From contig NC_068990.1 of the NCBI RefSeq assembly GCF_001194135.2, positions 74,161,528-74,206,687 of the forward strand: 45,160 nucleotides of DNA. The letters are read 5' to 3'. Positions within the stretch are counted from its first letter, which is position 1; each line of letters starts with the position of its first letter. Made by a program: the position numbers and the translations under genes. Shown here piece after piece: positions 36,056 through 45,160 of the stretch. Under the pieces are notes generated by a model. The model saw nothing but the letters and a program-made list of their open reading frames with translations, made no database searches and was not told the DNA's origin. Origin of the DNA: Octopus bimaculoides. Taxonomy: Eukaryota.

Positions 36056-36659
36056 TGTATATATGTGTGTGTTATTATAAGCAATGGCATAATTGTTAGA
36101 GGCTGAAAGAAAATTATCTAGCATTTAAAAAATAATTAACTGTGACAAAAGCAGTGTGACCACCGAAAGGTAATATTTATCTCCAAACTAACGTGGTGGT
36201 TATGTTAGTACACGGAACACTGCACTATTTACCTTGAGAGGGCCTCTCATATGGATTTGTGGTGCATAAAATCACTTTTATTTATATCGTTGACAGAGAA
36301 CCATCTGCTACAACTGCCAAAACTGCCAGATCACATGATTTTGATCTACTTTCAGTGATTACATGAAAGTTCACTAACATCAATTCACTGTGAAGAAAGT
36401 TCACCACAACGAAACTGTACCGAGAAAATATATCTATAGTATTTCACTTTTAATAGTTAAAAACTGTTTTATTGAAAAAGAAAAAAAAATGGTGAATTGA
36501 TAACGTTGAACTTTGCTTGTGGTGAATTGATGATGGTGAACGATTTAATTTCTGAAGAACTTCTTTGATCAGATATCTGTGCTTATTGTTAAAAACTATT
36601 AATGCAAGAAACAATTGTTTATTTATTTATTTATCTATATTTATTGTTTATTTAATTAT

Positions 36660-36875
36660 CATTTATCTTTTACTTGTTTCAGTCATTTGACTACAGCTAT
36701 GCTGGGGTACCGCCTCAAAGTATTTTAGTCAAACAAATCAGTCTCAGACTTATTTTTTTAAAACCTAATACTTATTCTATCAGTGTCTTTTGCCAAACTG
36801 CTTAGTTGCGGGGACATAAACACACTAGCATGAGTTGTCAAGTGGTGGAGGAGGGCAAATACAAAGACATGCATA

Positions 36876-36912
<37 letters not shown>

Positions 36913-37080
36913 TTATTTATTTATATGACAGGCTTCTTTCAGTTTCAGTCTACCAAATCCACTCACAAAGCTTGGGTCAGTGCAAGGCTATAGTAGAAGA
37001 CACATGCCCAAGGTTACACACAGTGGGACTGAACACGGAGCCATGTGGTTGGGAAGCAAGCTTCTTACCACACAGCCATG
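36660..37080 (-). mobile_element. SINE family B, near full length with tail type 1
   Basis: Plus strand CTTTTACTTGTTTCAGTCATTTGACT...TTTGCCAAACTGC...CTACCAAATCCACTCACAAAGC...GCAAGCTTCTTACCACACAGCCATG. Confidence 0.8.
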
Positions 37081-37351
37081 CTTTATATCTATTATTTATT
37101 TGTTTATATTTATTATTTGTATATATTTATATTTATTATTTATAGTTTAGATATCATACTTCTCTAATAAAAGATTACCTAGCTGTGAATAACAATGAAA
37201 TAAAATCATACACTGAAAAGAATTTCTGAGTGAAAATCAATAAGATGTATAATTTAAATATGATTTTATTATTCACTTTTCCCCTTCTTTTATACACACA
37301 CATACACACACACACACATGCAAACACGCACATGCACAAACGCACACACGC

Positions 37352-37387
<36 letters not shown>

Positions 37388-37986
37388 TTTATACTGTTAA
37401 ATAAAAATAAGATATCATTTATTCCCCAAAATGCTAATAGGAATATATAAAAAAAATATAAAAGAGGAAAAGAATCAAAAGGTGGGTGCGGTTGAGGATA
37501 AAAGATATATTTGGATATTTTCCTCTGTTATTAATGGCAGCATTAGAACAGGAAATGGTATGAATTTCTTACATAAAATCATTCAAAGATAACAATCAAC
37601 TGCAAATTTCCTCTGTGTTTTTTCACATCTAATATATTTTACATCTACTATGTCGTATTATATTTATATCACAGGTCAATGAAATTGCAAAGTTTTAGTA
37701 TCTTGAAAGTTAGACTAATTCTTTGGTATATTACATATTTAGAGCATTAATTTCAAATATATAATCTGTTTAAACTTAACCATTTCAGTATTAATATTAG
37801 TATTGAAGGTGTAGCATACTGCTTTATATACGGAAGGGTCTACTTAAGCTCTGAAATTACAAATCCTAGTTGCACTCCTGGTTCGGTTTTGTTTTAGAAA
37901 CCATTGCTGATTAACACAAAAGATAGCCAGATTCTAAAACACAATATAAATTATGGTAGGTAACTGAACAAGAGACAAGTAGGGTG

Positions 37987-38045
<59 letters not shown>

Positions 38046-38059
38046 ATGTGTGCATGCAT

Positions 38060-38350
38060 ACATCATCATCATCATCATCATCGTTTAACGTCCGCTTTCC
38101 ATGCTAGCATGGGTTGGACGATTTGACTGAGGACTGGTGAAACCGGATGGCAACACCAGGNNNNNNNNNNATCATCATCGTTTAACGTCCGCTTTCCATG
38201 CTAGCATGGGTTGGACGATTTGACTGAGGACTGGTGAAACCGGATGGCAACACCAGGCTCCAATCTAATTTGGCAGAGTTTCTACAGCTGGATGCCCTTC
38301 CTAACGCCAACCACTCAGAGAGTGTAGTGGGTGCTTTTACGTGTCACCGT
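38060..38350 (-). mobile_element. Young RTE-type 3' UTR fragment (family C), partly doubled by an assembly gap
   Basis: CpG-rich CATCGTTTAACGTCCGCTTTCCATGCTAGCATGGGTTGGACG...CCTAACGCCAACCAC; 38074-38160 is identical to 38171-38257 across 10 Ns. Confidence 0.8.
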
Positions 38351-39699
38351 AAGTATATATGTATGCATGCATGGAAATTTGTTGGTTAATTAATTAACAA
38401 ATAAGAAGTGATCTCCATGTACATTTATTGGTAAACTGTATATCATTTTATTTTTCATTTTACATGATTTTTCAAACTCTTTAAAAGTCTCTTTTCAAGT
38501 ATTTTTATAAAAATAAGAATAAATAAGCACAACTCCCTGTATTTATTCATCCACATTTCTTGTATTGCTCTACTTGAGTCAGTTGTGTGTGTTTCATTAA
38601 AGCAAATCTCACAGCATTGGCTGTAAGACAAAAATAATGTGAGAAATGTCAAAACGAAGTCCATTTCATTTGCTCAAACTTAGATGACAATATACTAGAG
38701 ATAAGACATTTAAATTTTACTCTTTTCAAACAAATACTCTACATTTCTAAGTGTTACCAGTCATATCATGATTATTGATATTGTTGTTGCAATCATACTT
38801 ATCATTATTATTACAGTTGCTGTTGTTGTTTCTGTGGTTGCTGCTGCTGTTTTCATATCATTGTCATCGTTGTTGTATTCTCATATATATATATATATAT
38901 ATATANNNNNNNNNNNNNNNNNNNNNNNNNNNNNNNNNNNNNNNNNNNNNNNNNNNNNNNNNNNNNNNNNNNNNNNNNNNNNNNNNNNNNNNNNNNNNNN
39001 NNNNNNNNNNNNNNNNNNNNNNNNNNNNNNNNNNNNNNNNNNNNNNNNNNNNNNNNNNNNNNNNNNNNNNNNNNNNNNNNNNNNNNNNNNNNNNNNNNNN
39101 NNNNNNNNNNNNNNNNNNNNNNNNNNNNNNNNNNNNNNNNNNNNNNNNNNNNNNNNNNNNNNNNNNNNNNNNNNNNNNNNNNNNNNNNNNNNNNNNNNNN
39201 NNNNNNNNNNNNNNNNNNNNNNNNNNNNNNNNNNNNNNNNNNNNNNNNNNNNNNNNNNNNNNNNNNNNNNNNNNNNNNNNNNNNNNNNNNNNNNNNNNNN
39301 NNNNNNNNNNNNNNNNNNNNNNNNNNNNNNNNNNNNNNNNNNNNNNNNNNNNNNNNNNNNNNNNNNNNNNNNNNNNNNNNNNNNNNNNNNNNNNNNNNNN
39401 NNNNNNNNNNNNNNNNNNNNNNNNNNNNNNNNNNNNNNNNNNNNNNNNNNNNNNNNNTATATATATATATATATATATATATTTCTTTTTTTATATATGC
39501 ATATGTTTTGTTTGCAAAGAAATCTGTCTATATATGTTATCTATTCAAGTATATAGATACAGATATTGGAAACATAAGCTTAAAGGATCAGGATAGAGTC
39601 TTTACTTAGACACATGCACACACACTTATGTATGTATGTATGTATGTATGTATGTATATATGTATGTATGTTCACTTCTGTTTTTAATTATTCAAATTC

Positions 39700-40030
39700 T
39701 TCCTTCGAGGAAGGAGCTGGTTTCTAACAAACATACCCAGCTCCGTCATTGGGATGTAGATAACAAGAAGAATATGACGCTTTGAACATCACAGAAGTCT
39801 TGCATATTTTTACTGTTCCACCTACAGATTGTATTTGTAATTTGTGAGTAAGTTGGCTGATTTGTTTTATAGAAAGCCCTTACTTATTTAGATTGTTACT
39901 TAGAAATTTACTCACAAAAACCAAGTGCACCAATTATTGTTGGTATAAATGTGAATTTATTATCTGAATATAGAAGCTGGAGGTTTCCGAGCTGTTGTTC
40001 ACAGTTATCCTCTTTCTCTTTGATTTTTAA
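39700..40030 (-). mobile_element. RLE-type LINE 3' fragment (second family)
   Basis: Frame-broken KEKEDN..QLGNLQLLYSDNKFTFIPTIIGALGF ... QIQSVGGTVKICKT, homologous to 44215-44580. Confidence 0.75.
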
Positions 40031-40049
40031 AGAGATATTCACATCAGTA

Positions 40050-40432
40050 GTGGAGGTGCAATGGCCCAGTGGTTAGGGCAGCGGACTTGCGATCATAGAA
40101 TCGCGGTTTCGATTCCCCGACCGGGCATTGTGAGTGTTTATTGAGCAAAAACACCTAAAGCTCCACGAGGCTCCGGCAAGGGATAGTGGCGAACCCTGCC
40201 GTACTCTTTCACTACAACTTTCTCTCACTCTTACTTCCTGTTTCTGTTGTGCCTGTAATTCAAAGGGTCAGCCTTGTCACACTGTGTCACGCTGAAACTG
40301 TCCGAGAACTACGTTAAGGGTACACGTGTCTGTGGAGTGCTCAGCCACTTGCACATTAATTTCATGAGCAGGCTGTTCCGTTGATTGGATCAACTGGAAC
40401 CCTCGACGTCATAAGCGACAGAGTGCCAACAA
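40050..40432 (+). mobile_element. Full-length tRNA-derived SINE with 10-bp TSD
   Basis: GGAGGTGCAATGGCCCAGTGGTTAGGGCAGCGG (A box) ... GGTTTCGATTCCC (B box); TSD CACATCAGTA at 40040-40049 and 40433-40442; tail shared with 22083-22405. Confidence 0.85.
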
Positions 40433-41204
40433 CACATCAGTATGACAGCTGACCTCTATGGCACAATATTCTTTTCAATGTCTGTCCCAAACAGCAGAAT
40501 CTACTCTCTTACATTTACTCTTGATAACTGTATCAGTGGGAATTTTCCTCCAGTGTTATTTGTGTTAATGTTTGTGCATGTATTCTTCTCTATATTTATT
40601 CCAGGACAGTATTTTTTCTGAATGGCATTGTATATTGTTTTTGCAACAATGGTGTGTTACCCTCTGAAGGAGCTGGTTTCTGACAAGCATAGAAAACTCC
40701 ATCATCCTGAATGGAGACAGCAAAACCTCACATTTTAAACTTGAGACAAGTCAGAACAGTGAAAACAAACATGTATTTTATACATATATACATGTTTCAC
40801 TCCAACATGGAGATGAACACCAATTTCTCCATGTGATCAGCTTGAAAAAGTGTTAAGATATTTACTTACCATGAAACCAATGGTAGCCTTAATATACAAA
40901 TAAGGAATCTTTATCCACCAATGTGGTGAGCTCTCACTCTCATTGTTTGACATTTATGTACATACATACATACATATGTACACACACACTTGCATGCACT
41001 CACATACGTGTACACACACTCATATAGGCATGTGTGTGTGTGTGTGTGCGTGCGTGTGTGTGTGTGTGTGTGTATACGGAAATATCAAACAATAAAAATG
41101 AGTGATCAACACTGCATGAGTAAAAATTCTTTATTAGTGTTTTAAGATATTTCCTTAACCTGAAACCAATGGTAGCTTTAATACACAAATAAAGTGTGTG
41201 TGTT

Positions 41205-41256
<52 letters not shown>

Positions 41257-42306
41257 AACACACATGATTTTTATTTTCTTTATGTATTTATCTATTTATA
41301 GTTAACATTTATAATTCTTTTGTCTATATATTCTATGTGATTAAATAACATTTTCTATGTGATTAAATAACATTATGTTCAAATATAATTGTGTAGTTCT
41401 GCATATGATATGTATAGAATTTCAGCCAGGTGGTTTAGTATTAATAAATTTGCAAATTAATCTCTCTGTTTATTAGAATTGTGTTTCGTTAGTGAGTTTT
41501 AGTGCAAAACACAGTCCTTTATCATTACTGTTCTTAAAGTTTAAAGATGTGCCTAATTATATTTGCCCACAATTTAGGAATTTTCTAAAAATAGTTATAT
41601 TATAGAAATTTGATGAATGATGAATGTAAAAATGATGGTATGAACTAATGCGAGCTTTTGCACTAATTAGAGCATTATTCAGGTTTTCAGGAATGTCTGA
41701 TGTTAAATATTGCTCTGCCTTCAGTGTCTGTACGAATGGTCAGTATGAATAGGCCAAAGAAAAAGCAGAAAAGGATAAGGAACAAAAATAAATAAAAAAC
41801 TGAGAAAAAATATAAAAATGTTCAAAGATATCAATTTAAATGTGCTAAAATCTTACAAATGGAAGAAAGAATTGGGGGAATTCAGTTTCCAAATAGGCAC
41901 TTTGCATGATAGTATAAATTTAGAAAATAGCAAAGGCAGTTCATGTTAAAAGGAATTTAAAAGACATTGCAGCAATCTATAAAGATTAAATAAAATAGTC
42001 TTTGAAATGTAGATTTAAAAATAACTATGAAAAAAATATTCTCAAATTTTTAAAGTCTTTGAAATTTACTAATGGAACTAAATGTTTTTCAGTTAACTCA
42101 GAAGATATAAAAATCATTTTCTTCAAAATACATTTGGCATGAGAGTGTATTTAAGAAGTTCATTTTGCAATCCCAGGCATTCAGGATCATTTCCACTGAG
42201 ACGTACCTCAGGTATGTGTTTTCTTCTATAGCCCTAGGTGGATAACTAATGCTTCGTGAGTGAGAGTGTGGGGTATCCTGTTGTATGTGTGTGTATGTAT
42301 ATATTT

Positions 42307-42352
<46 letters not shown>

Positions 42353-42479
42353 ATATGTATGTATGTATGTATGTATACTGCCTGAGGTTAAACTAGTAGT
42401 AACATGGAACAGCCACTTTGATGTAGTGATTAACTTTATATATAGTTTGTTTTTTGGTTTAAATAGTAATTTTAATAAT

Positions 42480-42715
42480 AATCCTCCGTAATTTAGCCAA
42501 ACTGCTAAGCTACTGGGACATAAACACACCAGCATATATATATATATATATATGACAGGCTTCTTTCAGTTTCCTTCCACCAAATCAATTTATAAGGTGT
42601 TGGTTGGCCTGAGGGTATAGAAGAGAAGGCGCTTGCCCAAAGTCCCACGCAGTGGGACTGAACAGGAAATTATGTGGTTGGGAAGCAAGCTTCTTACTAC
42701 ACATTCACAGCCTTG
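42480..42715 (-). mobile_element. SINE family B copy
   Basis: GCCAAACTGCTAAG...GACATAAACACACCAGCA...GACAGGCTTCTTTCAGTTTCC...GCAGTGGGACTGAAC...GCAAGCTTCTTAC. Confidence 0.75.
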
Positions 42716-42864
42716 CCTGTGTAATTCTGAATGCATTGTACCTTGGAAAGTGACAGGATGGTCATGGCAAAAATGTTTTTTTTATCATTGATTCAAGATT
42801 GACTGGATACAAAAAAACAACTGAAAGTAAAATTAGAAGCTAAAAATCTCCCTTGAAATCTGAT

Positions 42865-43400
42865 TATTATCATCATCATCTTCACCAATATTTAATGTCT
42901 GTTGTTCATGCTGGCATAAGCTGGATTGTTTGACAGGAGCTGGCCTGCTGAAGAGTTAGTTGCCTATGTTCCATGTCTGTTTTGACATGGTTTCTATGGC
43001 TGGATGCCCTTCCTAACATCAATCACTCTACAGAGTGTACTTGGTGCTCTTATGCAGCACTGGCATGGGTGCTTTTTACATGACACCAGAACAAGTGCTT
43101 TTTATGTGCCACCAGCACCCATGAGCCCACAAGATTAGGAATGCTCAGCTAAAGATAGACGCAGAGGACATGCCTGTATGCAAGAACAACCAAAATTTTA
43201 CTTAGTTTCATGCATCTTCTCAAGCACAGCAAACTGCCAAGAGTCTCAGTCCTCTGTCATCCCCTCTGTTTAGCCCAATCTCAGGAGATCCTTTCTCACC
43301 ACTTCCTTCCACATCTTTCAGGGTCTACCCCTTCCATACATTCCCTCCACAATTAAAGATTAGCACCTCTTCATGTAATTGTCTTTATTCTTCATCTTCT
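42865..43400 (-). mobile_element. RTE-clade LINE 3' end (ORF2 C-terminus plus UTR, family C)
   Basis: Minus-strand peptide LIVEGMYGRGRP*KMWKEVVRKDLLRLGL resembles the RTE C-terminal GxRxRGRPxxxW motif, followed by the family C UTR and a (GAT)n tail. Confidence 0.75.
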
Positions 43401-44214
43401 GAAATTTTTTATAAAAATAATATTAATTTAATAATATTATCTCTGATAAACTACACCTGAAAGAAAATGATAAAAAGTTCATGATTAGAACTCTTTTGAT
43501 TGGAATGTTGGTGAATCAGGACAAACCTGGGATTATACAATACTTAATGACGTTAACAACATCAACATGAATCTATTTTAATATGCAAATGCGCTATGTC
43601 AAAGTATTTTCATATCAAACCTTTAAAAGATTTCCTGAAGGACATCAGAAATGGTTTATATTCATTTGTAAACATACTCAAAGTATCTTTAAATAGAATC
43701 TGTACAGCCTAACCTACAGGACATCTGACTTATAGAGACCAAGCTTGGGGAGATTCTAAGCAAGATGTAGCCCTCTGCTGTTAAACTAACAATTCTGCTA
43801 TTCCCATGTTTCAGCTTGAAACACACATGCTTTCACTTTAAAAAGATCTAATCTGCATAAACACATACAGAAAAAACATTGATTGATTGCTCCACAGAGT
43901 CTAGTTTGCTTCCCGTCTTAAAAAGTTGTTATTTACTTAATTTGCATCACATTCGTAAACAACAGCACCATTGGTTTTACAGGTTTCCAGTGCACGAAGC
44001 ACTGGTTCGCTGCATGTTTGATGGTAAAAGTGAGAAAAGAATGTCACTAATAGAAGCATTTTCCTTTTTTCACTACAGATTGATATTTTTATTCCTTACT
44101 GTTATACATCAGTGAAAGATGTGTATGTATGTATGTATATGTGCAGATTTGTATGTTTTGTTTTAATGTATACATTCTCATGCATACAGTGGCCATATCT
44201 AGACCTGCTCATAT

Positions 44215-44580
44215 ATATTTGAATGATAAACTTCTGGAAAGTTTTACAGATTTTTACAATTCCAGTGATGGATTGGATCTGTAATCTTCAAATTAGCTTT
44301 CTTCATTCTGGTTTTGAGAAGCCTAATTTCTCAAGTTTGATATTTAGACAGTGTGTTACATATCCCAGCGCCCCAATAATTACAGGTATAAACCTGAACT
44401 TGTGATCAGTGTAGCTATTCTCTTTTTCACAGATCTTCATATTTATGTTAGCATCCACTGGGCAGCTAATTCTCACAATTGTACACAGGTTCTCTTCTCT
44501 ATCCCAAATCATTATATCAGGTTTGTTGTACTTATTGAGATTTTCACTGGGACATTCCACCAGTGCTCCTTGGGTGATTT
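44215..44580 (-). mobile_element. RLE-type LINE restriction-like endonuclease fragment
   Basis: KPDIMIWDREENLCTIVRISCP..N...EKENSY...FIPVIIGALGYV...LQIQSITGIVKICKTFQKFII; PD..(D/E) region with catalytic position altered; contains stops. Confidence 0.8.
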
Positions 44581-45026
44581 ATTAGCAATTTAACAACCTA
44601 AAGGCAAATTTATAGACATTATTAAAGTGCCAGATGGTACTAACTAGTACCAGCATTGCTAGAAATAATAATCAAAACAACTCAATAGCCACTACATATA
44701 CTTAAAGTATATGCTTTGTGTATTTTCTGGTGGTTGAAATTGCATGGCGGAATATATATACTCTAAAACTACTGGGTGTAGAACACCTCAGACATGGATG
44801 GACAGGCGAGATAACTCAACCTCAGTCCCATTTGGAAGTGGTGGACACCAGATGTTTTGCCCACACCATTGCAGCCATTGGAAAATACACAAAGCATATA
44901 CATTAAGTATATGTAGTTGATAATATATATATATATATTGAGGAAAAAAGTCGGCAGAATTTTCGAAAATTTTTTTTTTATTTCTTCATTATTTTTAGCG
45001 CTTTCATTCGTTTCTCAAACTTGTCA

Positions 45027-45064
<38 letters not shown>

Positions 45065-45065
<1 letters not shown>

Positions 45066-45112
45066 TGAGGAGGGGATTGGATTTAACCAAACCCAGAAAC
45101 AGCTGTAAGACT
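45065..45112 (+). ncRNA. Degenerate hammerhead-like motif (different family)
   Basis: (T)TGAGGA GGGGATTGG ATTTAA CCAAACCCA GAAAC AGCT GTA AGACT: near-core, imperfect stem II and helix III AC-AGCT-GT with palindromic loop. C3 and stem I are damaged. Confidence 0.5.
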
Positions 45113-45160
45113 CTATCTATAAAATACTTTTCCAACCTTACCATTGCTCTCTTTATCTTT

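Noticed and set aside
38074-38257. 87-bp exact tandem duplication
   Set aside because: The two copies are separated by exactly 10 Ns and are identical, which is the signature of unmerged overlapping contig ends.
39713-39744. GGAGCTGG...CCAGCTCC hairpin with GAAAC on the minus strand as a hammerhead
   Set aside because: No CUGANGA core in the right position and GAAAC lies inside the loop; better explained as a LINE 3' UTR stem-loop.
40050-40125. tRNA gene (also heads at 22083 and 26642)
   Set aside because: A/B boxes are present, but there is no convincing cloverleaf; the sequence continues into a SINE body and is bounded by a TSD.
41331-41374. 22-bp perfect tandem duplication; also a ~52-bp diverged repeat at 40851-40903 / 41137-41193
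   Set aside because: Ordinary local duplications with no further structure.
1-45160. CRISPR arrays, operons, rRNA or prokaryotic defence systems
   Set aside because: The sequence is eukaryotic repeat-rich DNA, with no regularly spaced repeat-spacer array, rRNA similarity or dense coding.

Overview
AT-rich eukaryotic (metazoan) genomic DNA with several N gaps and dense microsatellites. The repeat families look like those of coleoid cephalopods, most likely Octopus; this is recognition, not a database result. No long intact host CDS is visible, and almost all ORFs in the track come from microsatellites or N gaps. The window is dominated by mobile elements: an L1/Tx1-type reverse transcriptase (1-2151), RLE-type (R4/Dong-like) LINE 3' fragments, RTE-type 3' fragments, at least three tRNA-derived SINE families, a mariner 5' fragment, piggyBac-type TTAA MITEs and a MITE with an 8-bp TSD. 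Four observations stand out. (1) An apparently intact minimal hammerhead ribozyme of the Penelope/retrozyme type lies in a short non-coding repeat (33849-33894, minus). A sister copy had its stem II overwritten by a template-switch inversion (29931-29967), and two further decayed hammerhead-like motifs come from other families. (2) A 581-bp MITE with perfect 37-bp TIRs carries a central (CCCTAA)n/(TTAGGG)n palindrome. (3) CpG content switches from retained to depleted near 11 kb, suggesting a methylated gene body. (4) A tentative chain of phase-compatible micro-exons lies on the + strand in that region.
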